Shown: in pieces, positions 22,636 to 31,356 of the stretch
How the letters are laid out: each line of letters begins with the position of its first letter
Numbering within the stretch: position 1 is the stretch's first letter
Source of the DNA: Candidatus Latescibacterota bacterium
GTDB taxonomy: Bacteria; Latescibacterota; UBA2968; UBA8231
Direction of reading: 5' to 3'
NCBI GenBank assembly: GCA_965204725.1
Contig: OZ242005.1
Location: 3,872,001 to 3,936,000, forward strand
DNA length: 64,000 bases
Translations under genes and position numbers: made by a program
The notes under the pieces: generated by a model
The model's database searches: none
Told to the model about the DNA's origin: nothing
What the model saw: only the letters and a program-made list of their open reading frames with translations

Positions 22636-23518
22636 ATGCTCAACGCCTACGAACGCCAGCTTATTCTCTTTTACCTCTCCAACGCCGCCGCGCACTTCCA
22701 CCACTCCGTCCGAGGAAAGAGGGAGGAGCTAGCCGAGTGGGTCACCGAGAACCGCGACCTCCTCGCGCTCAGTGACGAGACTGAGGAGCCGGGCGAGCAC
22801 CAAGCGAGCAGCCTCTACGAAAAGGAGTTGTCCGCACGGGAATGGAATCATCTACGGAAGACCCTAGAAGAAGAGTACGCGGCAGCCTGCAAAGGTGGAC
22901 GGAAAGACCGCATAGCCCGACTGCTGCTGCGGCTTGGACAGGAGATGGACCTCGCACCGGAGGACATCGCGCTCATAGAGTTTTGGCTGCACTACGAAAC
23001 GCAGCCGATCTTTGGGTCGCTAGTCGAGTGTTTTGAAAGGGGCCGTCACTATCAGCGATTTTTTAACGTCACGCACCCTGTCCTACCCTGCATTCTCGGC
23101 ATACCGGCTAGCGCATTCCGCGCCCGCTTCACGGCCGATGCACCGCTCGTGAAGTCGGGGCTTGTGTCCGTCAATGACGACAGCGAATTCGAGATCATCA
23201 ATCGACTGCGCCGGCTGGTCTCCGTCCCAGACGACAGCGATCTCGACATGTGTAGCCTGTTGCTCGACGCGGCGACTCCGGGCGAACTGGAGTGGTCGGA
23301 CTTCGACCACGTGGCCGAAGCACGCGACCATATCGAAAAAATGATCAAGGGCGCATTATCCACCGGCAAACCGGGCGTAAACATCTTGGTGTACGGCCCG
23401 CCGGGAACCGGCAAGACCGAGTTTTGTAAGACGCTGGCCGCCCGGCTCGGAGCGAACCTCTATACGGTCGGCGAAGAGGACGAGCGATGCGACCCACGTG
23501 CGCAAGATGGGCTTTTGA
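22636..23518 (+). pseudogene. AAA+ ATPase with large internal deletion
   Basis: N-terminal domain and Walker A GPPGTGKTE, no Walker B; after VGEEDE the sequence switches frame into a terminal ...THVRKMGF* (stop 23516-23518); read-through frame ends at 23613. Confidence 0.75.
23503..23518 (+). repeat. Direct repeat CAAGATGGGCTTTTGA, copy 1 (AAA 3' tail)
   Basis: Exact 16-bp match to 25113-25128; 22/25 identity when extended upstream. Confidence 0.85.
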
Positions 23519-23609
23519 AAACCAAAACAGCGTTCCGGGCTTCCGTCCCTCACAAAACTTCCGCTCAACCCACAGGAGATCGGCAGCGTGTGGAGAACAC
23601 TCTAAAAAC

Positions 23610-24998
23610 ATGACCCAAAAACCTATTGATAATCAGCACCTAGAACGGATGCCACCACAGGCTATCGAGGTGGAGCAGGCCATATTGGGGGCGATGATGC
23701 TCGATCAGCACGCCATCGGCCATGCCCTCAAAATCCTTGCCCCAAGCTGCTTTTACAATGCCTCGCACCGCCGGATCTTCGAGGCCATGATCAGCCTCTA
23801 CGAACGCGACTTGGTCGTCGATCAGTTCACCTTGGCCGAAGAGCTCAAGCACCATGACCAACTTGATGACGTCGGTGGAACCTTCTATCTGGCCGAGCTA
23901 GCTGCCAAGGTCTCTACTTCCGCCAATATCGCTGTCCACGTACGGATCGTCCTAGAAAAGGCACTCAGCCGCCAGTTCATTGAGGTCGCCAGTGACATCA
24001 TTGAGCAAACCTACAAAGGCCACGACAGCGTACTAGAGCTAATCAACCGTGCCGAGCAACGCCTTTTTGCCATCAGCGAAAACTGGATTGGAGGTGGGAT
24101 TAGAGGTGGGATTGAGCCGTTGAAAACGATCATGGGCGACGCACTCAAACAGATTGAGCGTACCCACAGCAAGGCTAGGGCAGTCTCTGGGGTAAGTATG
24201 GGGTTTACCGCTCTCAACGAGAGTACCTCTGGTCTCCAGAAGGGCGAGCTGATCGTGCTGGCATCGCGACCGTTCGTGGGCAAGACAGCACTGGCATTGA
24301 CCTTGGCACGCAACGCAGCCGTGGATACCGGGGTCGGGGTAGTGATCTTCAGCCCGCAAATGTCCAAGATGCAGGTAGTCCAGCGCCTGCTCGGTATTGA
24401 GGCCAAGGTTGATTTGCACCATCTCCGCACTGGGCGACTCAGCGAACAAGCGAGGATGCACTTGACGCGCTATGCCGAGCGCCTAGCCCAAGCACCTATC
24501 TTCATCGACGACACGCCCGCCATCCCGATGCCCGAAGTACGGGCCAAGGCGCGTCGGCTGCACCGGGAACACGGGATCGGCCTGATCGTGGTGGACTATT
24601 TACAATTGATGTGTGGACAGGCCAAGACTTCGAGCCACGAGGAGGAAATCGCGCACATTTCGCGCAGGCTAAAGGAACTGGCCGAGGAGTTGGACCTGCC
24701 TGTGCTAGTGCTGGTGCAGCTAGCGTGCTCGGAGGAAGGCTTTACCAGTCCGAGACCTGAGCTATCGGATTTGCCAGCGTTGGGGATCGAGCAAGCTGCC
24801 GACATGGTGATGTTCATCTACCGCCCGGGCATGTACGGGTTCACGTCGCCATCTGGCGAGGGCTTTGAAAATTTTGTCGAGATCATCATCGGCAAGCAAC
24901 GTAACGGCCCTCTTGAATCGATCTCCCTAAAATGGAACAACGGGAGCGCAACCTACGAGTCGCTTATACCTGAGAGACGGATGGTCCCGGAAGAATAG
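23610..24998 (+). CDS. dnaB: DnaB-like replicative helicase paralogue with degenerate motifs
   Basis: PPQAIEVEQAILG N-domain, ASRPFVGKT Walker A, IVVDYLQL, KQRNGP; but FSPQMS, VQLAC, DLPALGIEQAAD. Confidence 0.88.
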   Translation: MTQKPIDNQHLERMPPQAIEVEQAILGAMMLDQHAIGHALKILAPSCFYNASHRRIFEAMISLYERDLVVDQFTLAEELKHHDQLDDVGGTFYLAELAAKVSTSANIAVHVRIVLEKALSRQFIEVASDIIEQTYKGHDSVLELINRAEQRLFAISENWIGGGIRGGIEPLKTIMGDALKQIERTHSKARAVSGVSMGFTALNESTSGLQKGELIVLASRPFVGKTALALTLARNAAVDTGVGVVIFSPQMSKMQVVQRLLGIEAKVDLHHLRTGRLSEQARMHLTRYAERLAQAPIFIDDTPAIPMPEVRAKARRLHREHGIGLIVVDYLQLMCGQAKTSSHEEEIAHISRRLKELAEELDLPVLVLVQLACSEEGFTSPRPELSDLPALGIEQAADMVMFIYRPGMYGFTSPSGEGFENFVEIIIGKQRNGPLESISLKWNNGSATYESLIPERRMVPEE

Positions 24999-25026
24999 AA
25001 TGCTAGCCAATCCTCTTGGTTTATTA

Positions 25027-25128
25027 GCCGAAATCCTCGGCCACCTATAGGACGCGAAGGCACTCGCCGAATTGCTGCGCGCCGAGTGCGAAGCTAAGCC
25101 AAACCACTCGCACAAGATGGGCTTTTGA
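25027..25128 (+). pseudogene. 3'-terminal stub of an AAA ATPase gene (contains repeat copy 2)
   Basis: Reads AEILGHL*DAKALAELLRAECEAKPNHSHKMGF*; ends with same 16 bp as 23503-23518. Confidence 0.65.
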
Positions 25129-25180
25129 TTAGGTTCTCGTTATTGACAAGTCGATTACCACTGAATAAGGGAGAACCGAC

Positions 25181-25474
25181 ATGCCTATGAAGAACCCACC
25201 ACATCCCGGCCAAGTCGTGCGCGTGTCCTGTCTGGAGCCGCTCGGCCTCAACGTCACGGAAGGCGCGAAAGTTCTCGGCGTCAGTCGCCAAGCCCTCTCG
25301 AATCTGGTGAATTGTCGTGCTCGCATGTCGGCCGACATGGCGATCCGCCTCGCGAAAGCCTTCGGCTCTACAACGGAGACTTGGATACGGTTACAAGCGG
25401 CCTACGACGTCGCTCAGGCGCAAGCGCGTGAGGACGAGATCGAGGTCGAGCGTTACGAGCCGCAACCCGTTTGA
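25181..25474 (+). CDS. higA: HigA-family addiction-module antitoxin
   Basis: MKNPPHPG, A..LGVSRQ.LS..VN......DMA.RL...FG.....W..LQ..YD. Confidence 0.93.
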   Translation: MPMKNPPHPGQVVRVSCLEPLGLNVTEGAKVLGVSRQALSNLVNCRARMSADMAIRLAKAFGSTTETWIRLQAAYDVAQAQAREDEIEVERYEPQPV

Positions 25475-25608
25475 GATAACAGACCGGTTCTTGAAGGAGC
25501 ATACTAGCCTTCTTGCTGTATGTTACTCGCGAAGGGTAGGCTTTCTGTGATACGGAGGAGTGATCAACTTACGTTACGTACCCTCCCGCTAAAGCGGGAA
25601 TCCAAGGA

Positions 25609-26568
25609 GTGATTAATATGCAGAAAGACCGAACCATCTCCCGCGCTCAGGGCTGCTTGTTGGGCCAGCTTGCCGGGGATTCGCTGGGCAGCCTAGTGGA
25701 ATTCCGTAGCCCCGAGGATATTCAGAGCAAGTATCCCGCTGGAGTCCGTGATCTCGCGGACGGCGGGGTCTGGAACACGATTGCCGGGCAGCCGACGGAC
25801 GATTCCGAAATGGCACTCGCCCTAGCCCGAATGCTGGCGAAGCACAATAGATACGACCGAACGCTTGCCTTCACGGCCTATACTCGCTGGTTGGACTCTG
25901 GCCCGTTCGACTGCGGCCACGCCGTCAGAAGCGGTCTTAAGGGAAACGCGATTGGAACCAGCCAAGCGAACGGGGCCATGATGCGGATCAGCCCGCTGGG
26001 CATCTTCGGCGCGAACTACGAATTAGATCAGGTGGCAGAATGGGCGCGCGAGGACGCAGCACTCACGCATCCCCATCCGGTCTGCCAGCAAGCCAACGCG
26101 CTCTACGCCTTGGCCATCGCCTCCGCGGTCCGCGCCGAATGCGAACCGCAGGACCTATACGAGCGGATTCAGATGTGGGCGAGGGACATCCCAACGGAAC
26201 CATCGCTCATGTCGGCCATTGACGGCGCGGCCACAGCACCGCCTGCGGAATATATGCACCAGCAGGGCTGGGTTCTGACGGCGTTCCGCAACGCGCTATG
26301 GCAACTGCTCCACGCCGAGAATCTCGAGGAAGCGGTCGCAGATACCGTCCAGCGAGGCGGAGACACCGACACCAACGCGGCCATCTGCGGAGCGCTGCTA
26401 GGCGCGGTGCATGGCCGAGAATCCGTCCCCGAACGGTGGGTGGACCGAATTTTGAACTGCCGACCCAAGAAAGGGGCTCCCAATGTCCTTCAACCTCGCC
26501 CAGAGTGCTACTGGCCGGTAGATGCGCTAGTGCTTGCTGAGCGTTTGATTCGCCCGCCCGTCGCATGA
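25609..26568 (+). CDS. ADP-ribosylglycohydrolase family protein
   Basis: GCLLG...GDSLG, GQPTDDSEM, NGAMMR..P, TH, GGDTDTNAAI.GAL.GA. Confidence 0.93.
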   Translation: MINMQKDRTISRAQGCLLGQLAGDSLGSLVEFRSPEDIQSKYPAGVRDLADGGVWNTIAGQPTDDSEMALALARMLAKHNRYDRTLAFTAYTRWLDSGPFDCGHAVRSGLKGNAIGTSQANGAMMRISPLGIFGANYELDQVAEWAREDAALTHPHPVCQQANALYALAIASAVRAECEPQDLYERIQMWARDIPTEPSLMSAIDGAATAPPAEYMHQQGWVLTAFRNALWQLLHAENLEEAVADTVQRGGDTDTNAAICGALLGAVHGRESVPERWVDRILNCRPKKGAPNVLQPRPECYWPVDALVLAERLIRPPVA

Positions 26569-26618
26569 CGACCACCCCTAATCTGTGCGGGTTCGCAACA
26601 AAGGAACTCGCACACTAA
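26565..26618 (+). pseudogene. 5' stub of a paralogue of the following nuclease gene (MTTTPNLCGFATKELAH*)
   Basis: CCTAATCTGT.CGG.TTCGCAACAAAGGAACTCGCACA duplicated at the start of the gene at 26636. Confidence 0.75.
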
Positions 26619-26635
26619 ACAAGGAGCACAGCAAA

Positions 26636-27688
26636 ATGACACTGCCTAATCTGTACGGATTCGCAACAAAGGAACTCGCACAGGATGCTACCATTTCATA
26701 TCTCTTGGCGTGGGCCGACCCGGCATACCGCGAATCACATCCGCACCTTCACACCCTTGGCACCGAATTATTGCGTTCACTCCTTCAGACGCAAGAAGTG
26801 GTTCTTCCACCGATCGAAACACTTTGTATTAAGACCCAAGTTGACCGGATTGACATTGTCGTGAAGATCAACGCCGGCGAGAATGGAGTCCTTCTGATCA
26901 TCGAAGACAAGGTGAACACCCAAGAGAGGCGGAACCAAATTAAAGAGTATAAAGAGACCGCCGAGGAGAAGTACCGAGGCCAGTATGATCGTTTAGTTGC
27001 GGTATATTTCAAGACGGGAAACGAATCGAAAGCCAGCCTTCCAAATAAAAAAGAATGCGGCCGCTTTATGCGCCGCGACCTGCTAGACGTCCTGAACAAA
27101 TTTCAGGACACGGGAAATACCATCGTGGACGACTTTCGCACCCATCTTCAAAACCGGGAAGACGATACAAACAGGTGGGAATCCGCGAGTTACGACGAGT
27201 GGAAGGGGGGACAACGGGAGTGCGAGGGCTTCTATGCCGAGCTAGAACACAGGTGGGACGGTTGTTGTGGGTGGGGTTATATTGCAAATCCGGCTGGAGG
27301 ATTCCTTGGCTGGTGGTCGAAATACTGGCCTATCGGAACCAAGGATCGGTACACTCTATATATACAGATCCACAATGCACAGCGTTTGACCGTCCGGCTT
27401 GGATCCGGTAAGGCCATGGACAAAGTTCGTGCCCCGTTCATGTACCAAGTTCTCGATGCCTTGAACGAAGAGGCTTTTGACGACATCCACATCGAAAAGG
27501 CGGGGACGTTCAGGGGCGGCGGTGCTGCAGCGGTTGCAGACGTCACGTTTGATGAACAAGGCCCTTGGTTTGCCGTTGACCCCAACGGCGTCGTGAATAT
27601 GGACGCCACGATCGAACGGCTGCGTCGCTTGGAGGAATTGCTGGAAAAAGTTGCGACGCGCTTAACCGAACAGGGGATCGTCAGTTAG
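26636..27688 (+). CDS. PD-(D/E)XK nuclease superfamily protein
   Basis: ATKEL.QDA, RIDIVV...LIIEDK.......Q...Y; WGY..NP.GGF.G; ATG 26636 with AAGGAG RBS. Confidence 0.8.
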   Translation: MTLPNLYGFATKELAQDATISYLLAWADPAYRESHPHLHTLGTELLRSLLQTQEVVLPPIETLCIKTQVDRIDIVVKINAGENGVLLIIEDKVNTQERRNQIKEYKETAEEKYRGQYDRLVAVYFKTGNESKASLPNKKECGRFMRRDLLDVLNKFQDTGNTIVDDFRTHLQNREDDTNRWESASYDEWKGGQRECEGFYAELEHRWDGCCGWGYIANPAGGFLGWWSKYWPIGTKDRYTLYIQIHNAQRLTVRLGSGKAMDKVRAPFMYQVLDALNEEAFDDIHIEKAGTFRGGGAAAVADVTFDEQGPWFAVDPNGVVNMDATIERLRRLEELLEKVATRLTEQGIVS

Positions 27689-27712
27689 TTGCGCGAGCCT
27701 TCGCGATAATGA

Positions 27713-28039
27713 TTATGCCCGCAGCAAACGCCGCTGTAGCAAGGTCTGCATGTCGCGTCGTCCATCGGCGATCAAGAGCACATAGACGTCATTTCCCATC
27801 ACCCGATAAATGATGCGATAGGGCCTAAAAAATATCTCTCGGTATTCCCGAACCCCGATGTCCAGCAATTCCGTCGGATAGCTCCCGCGCTCTGGATACT
27901 CGGATAGGCTGCTGAACGCCTTCTCAATCTGCTTCAGCACATAATCCGCCCGGCCCGGCCCATCATGCCGGTCGATGTAATCGCAGATCGTCTCCAAATC
28001 ATACGTAGCGTCGTCGATCAACTGAACCAAGAACGCCAT
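27713..28039 (-). CDS. RelE/ParE-family toxin
   Basis: A..DL..I.DYI, L...PERG, YREI...PYRIIYR, DGRRD. Confidence 0.92.
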   Translation of the reverse strand: MAFLVQLIDDATYDLETICDYIDRHDGPGRADYVLKQIEKAFSSLSEYPERGSYPTELLDIGVREYREIFFRPYRIIYRVMGNDVYVLLIADGRRDMQTLLQRRLLRA

Positions 28040-28314
28040 CAGCGACCCTGGTGCCGCTCCCGCAGCCGTGCGACGACCTTGGCGGCCGGTTGCACCTGAC
28101 CTGCTTCGATCTGGCGGCTACCCAGCGCGAGTATCTTGAGCAACGCAACCGTTTCCTGCATCTGCTCGTAGCTGTCGATGTCCTGCATGACCGCCTTGGC
28201 TTCGCCGTTCTGGGTGATGACCAAGGGTTCTGGTTGGTCGCTAAGTGTGCGTACGATCTCAGCGGCGTGGGCCTTGAGATAACTGATCGGCTTGATCTGG
28301 CTGGACAGTTTCAT
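28039..28314 (-). CDS. Phd/YefM-family antitoxin
   Basis: IKPISYLK, PLVITQNGEAKAV; overlaps toxin start. Confidence 0.92.
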   Translation of the reverse strand: MKLSSQIKPISYLKAHAAEIVRTLSDQPEPLVITQNGEAKAVMQDIDSYEQMQETVALLKILALGSRQIEAGQVQPAAKVVARLRERHQGR

Positions 28315-28376
28315 GAGCACCTCCGTTTTGGACCAAATATAGACCGAAAACAGGTCAAGAGCAATGTCTGGCTAGT

Positions 28377-28457
28377 GCTTGATTATCTCATCTCAGCTTG
28401 AGATGTGCGGGCCTTCTTACTGTAATTTTGAACCGCTACTTCAAATTTACACGCTAA
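28377..28457 (+). repeat. Direct repeat copy 1 (about 70-80 bp) with CATCTCA/TGAGATG hairpin and TTTGAA-N7-TTCAAA palindrome
   Basis: Near-identical to 30080-30150, with its tail matching 30174-30191. Confidence 0.9.
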
Positions 28458-28542
28458 CTTTACATTCGTTTTTCTCTATTTCCTCTTGATCATTAGCCAA
28501 GATCAAACATATTGTCTCTATATGAAATTAAATGGAGTCAAT

Positions 28543-29148
28543 ATGTCTGGATCAAAGAAAAAACGTCCCGAAGAAATCTTCCGCAGGTACGGCGGCCAAC
28601 TTCGAATGAGCGAGGCCATCGCGCACGGGATTACACGCTACATGCTATATGCCCTCAAGGACAGGGGCGTCATCGAGCCAGTCAGCAGAGGCATCTATCG
28701 GCTGCGGGAACTGCCTCCGCTCGGCAACCCTGATTTGGTCGCGGTGAGCCTTCGCTTCCCCAACGCCATCGTTTGCCTCGTCTCTGCGTTAGCCTACCAT
28801 GGCATCACGACTCAGATTCCCCATGAGATTTCCGTGGCAGTGCCAAGAGACTCGCGGGTGCCGGCACTCAACTATCCGCCCATCCGAGCCCACAGATGCT
28901 CGCAGGCAGCATACGAATCCGGCATTGAAACACATCTGATGGATGGCGTACCCGTCAAAATCTACAGCCGCGAGAAAACCCTAGCCGACTGCTTTAAGTT
29001 TCGCAACAAAATTGGTATGGATGTAGTGCTGGAAGCGTTGAAACTCCACCAGACGCGAAACGGGTTCAACCTCGGCGAACTGCTCAAATACGCCAGCATC
29101 TGTCGAGTGGAAAAGGTGATGCGGCCCTATTTGGAGGCACTGGTATGA
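28543..29148 (+). CDS. abiEi: AbiEi type IV TA antitoxin / transcriptional regulator
   Basis: wHTH ..RGIY, CL.SAL..HG.T.QIP, IYS.EKT..DCFK.RNKIG. Confidence 0.88.
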   Translation: MSGSKKKRPEEIFRRYGGQLRMSEAIAHGITRYMLYALKDRGVIEPVSRGIYRLRELPPLGNPDLVAVSLRFPNAIVCLVSALAYHGITTQIPHEISVAVPRDSRVPALNYPPIRAHRCSQAAYESGIETHLMDGVPVKIYSREKTLADCFKFRNKIGMDVVLEALKLHQTRNGFNLGELLKYASICRVEKVMRPYLEALV

Positions 29149-30047
29149 CGTCTCCCCGCAATGTGTCCGCGTCCGTCCGACAACGCCTCCTCAATCGGTC
29201 CAGAAGTGAGCGAAGGCCATTCAACGAGCTGCTTCAATACTTCGCCATGGAGCGATTCCTCTACCGACTATCCCAATCCGCTCATGCCCATCGATTTGTG
29301 CTCAAGGGCGCGTTGATGCTGAGGGTTTGGGGCTCACCGGAATTCCGTCCGACCATGGACATCGACTTACTTGGCAGGACTCGCAACGCGGAAGCCGACA
29401 TCGTCTCTCAGATGCGGGACATCCTGATGGTCAATGTGGAAACAGACGGACTTGCGTTCGACCCAGATTCTATTCAGACCGAGCGGATCACCGAAGGTGC
29501 GGATTACGACGGGATCAGGATTCGGTTCCTAGGCACACTGGGATCCGCGATAATCCACATACAGATTGACATTGGCTTCGGCGATGTCGTGTATCCCGAT
29601 CCAAAAGAATCGGATTTTCCGACCATATTGAACTTCTCGGCACCGCGATTGTTCTGCTACAGCCGCGAGAGCTCCATCTCAGAGAAGTTTGAAGCCATGG
29701 TCAAGCTAGGTATGCTAAACAGCCGGATGAAGGATTTCTACGACATCTGGTTGATGTCTCGGCGGTTCGACTTTGAGGGTCTCAAGCTGACCCAAGCCAT
29801 TCAGCGGACCTTTGAGCGGCGAAACACGGTGCTGCCCGCGAAAATCGAAGCATTCTCTCAGCCTTTCATCGATGCCAAGCAGAGCCAGTGGGCAGCGTTC
29901 CGCAATAGGCTCCGGCAGGATCACCTGCCCACCTCGTTCGGGGAAATCACGGCTTCGGCGTGCGAATTTCTGTGGCCCGTTGTCGCGGCTCTTTCCTCTG
30001 GGAAATCCAGTCCGACAGACTGGATCGCACCCGGGCCATGGACCTGA
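29145..30047 (+). CDS. abiEii: AbiEii nucleotidyltransferase toxin
   Basis: SVRQRL, ERFLYRL, LKG, RPT.DID, DIGFGD, EK, NSRMKDFYD; ATGA overlap with abiEi. Confidence 0.92.
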   Translation: MTSPRNVSASVRQRLLNRSRSERRPFNELLQYFAMERFLYRLSQSAHAHRFVLKGALMLRVWGSPEFRPTMDIDLLGRTRNAEADIVSQMRDILMVNVETDGLAFDPDSIQTERITEGADYDGIRIRFLGTLGSAIIHIQIDIGFGDVVYPDPKESDFPTILNFSAPRLFCYSRESSISEKFEAMVKLGMLNSRMKDFYDIWLMSRRFDFEGLKLTQAIQRTFERRNTVLPAKIEAFSQPFIDAKQSQWAAFRNRLRQDHLPTSFGEITASACEFLWPVVAALSSGKSSPTDWIAPGPWT

Positions 30048-30079
30048 GCCGGTATCCTTCCATTAAAATGAAGAAGCCG

Positions 30080-30191
30080 GCTTGATTATCTCATCTCAGT
30101 TTGAGATGTGCGGGCCTTCTTGCTGTAATTTTGAACCGCTACTTCAAATTATCATGTAATTTTGAATAGCTATTTCAAATTTACACGTTAA
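30080..30191 (+). repeat. Direct repeat copy 2, with two tandem TTTGAA-N7-TTCAAA palindromes
   Basis: TGTAATTTTGAAccgctacTTCAAATT then TGTAATTTTGAAtagctatTTCAAATTTACA, just before ATG 30202. Confidence 0.9.
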
Positions 30192-30201
30192 TTTTAAGTC
30201 C

Positions 30202-31356
30202 ATGTATAAACGAAATCTGGACCTCCCCGCGTCCGGCACCGAGACGTTTTTCCTCTGGGGGCCGCGACAGGCGGGCAAAAGCACCCTGCTAAAACACCAG
30301 TACGCCGATGGCCTGTGGCTCGATCTCCTAAAGGCCGACGAATTCAGGCGGTACGTCGCCAACCCGGAGTTTTTGCGTCAAGAAATTGAGGCGACCGGGT
30401 TCGATCCCAGCCGCCAGATCGTCATTGACGAGATTCAGAAAGTACCGGCACTGCTTGACGAGGTGCATTGGCTGCTCGAAAACCGAGGGTTGAGCTTCGC
30501 CCTTTGCGGCTCCAGTGCTCGCAAGGTGCGGCGCGGCGGGGCCAACCTGCTCGGCGGGCGAGCCGTGCGCTACCAACTGCACGGGCTGACGGCGCGAGAA
30601 CTCGGCGCAGACTTTGACCTCACCCGCCTCCTCAACCACGGCTACCTGCCCCGGATGTACGCCAACGCTCGTCCCGCCCGGTTGCTCGACGCTTACGTCG
30701 CCGACTATCTCAAGGAGGAAGTCGCGGCCGAAGGACTAGTCCGCAACTTGCCCGCGTTTGCCGGGTTTTTGAACGCGGCCGCTCTAGGCGATACCGAAAT
30801 GGTCAACTTCTCCAATATCGCGCGGGAGTGTGGCGTCTCCAGTCACACGGCGAGAGGCTATTACGAGATTCTCGAAGACGCGCTGCTCGGGCGCTGGTTG
30901 CCCGCCTTCCGCAAGCGTCCCAAGCGGCGAGTGGTTGCCGCGTCTAAGTTTTACTTTGCGGATGTTGGAGTGGTCAACCGACTCGCCCGCCGGGGGCAAC
31001 TGCTGGTGGGATCGGAGCTATACGGCAAGGCATTTGAGAACTGGGTATTCCACGAACTGGCCGCGTTTGCCGACTATCAAGCGTTCGAGGGCGAACTAAC
31101 GTATTGGCGTCTAGCCGGCGGGACCGAGGTTGATTTTATCTTGGGCGACATGCAACTCGCGGTCGAGGCCAAGGCGAGCAACCACATCGTCAGCAACCAC
31201 TTGAAAGGGCTGCGTAGCCTAGCAAAGGATCATCCGGGCGTCGGCCGGCGGGTTGTCGCATGCCTTGAACCCCGCGCCCGGCGCACTGACGACGGGATCG
31301 ACATCCTGCCCGCGACCACCTTCGTCCAAATGCTCTGGTGCGGCGACCTCGCCTAA
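30202..31356 (+). CDS. AAA_14/DUF4143 ATP-binding protein
   Basis: GPRQAGKST, IDEIQK, CGSS, GRA, KFYF.D.G, FE, EVDF...EAK nuclease-like tail. Confidence 0.92.
   Translation: MYKRNLDLPASGTETFFLWGPRQAGKSTLLKHQYADGLWLDLLKADEFRRYVANPEFLRQEIEATGFDPSRQIVIDEIQKVPALLDEVHWLLENRGLSFALCGSSARKVRRGGANLLGGRAVRYQLHGLTARELGADFDLTRLLNHGYLPRMYANARPARLLDAYVADYLKEEVAAEGLVRNLPAFAGFLNAAALGDTEMVNFSNIARECGVSSHTARGYYEILEDALLGRWLPAFRKRPKRRVVAASKFYFADVGVVNRLARRGQLLVGSELYGKAFENWVFHELAAFADYQAFEGELTYWRLAGGTEVDFILGDMQLAVEAKASNHIVSNHLKGLRSLAKDHPGVGRRVVACLEPRARRTDDGIDILPATTFVQMLWCGDLA

Noticed and set aside
23610-24998. Prophage or plasmid replication module
   Set aside because: No initiator, primase, integrase or structural phage genes nearby
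30080-30191. CRISPR-like repeat-spacer array
   Set aside because: Only two adjacent palindromic units with no unique spacers and no cas genes
22141-31356. Integron cassette array
   Set aside because: No integron integrase and no convincing attC sites; the TAAC...GTTA at 25477-25525 lacks paired inner boxes
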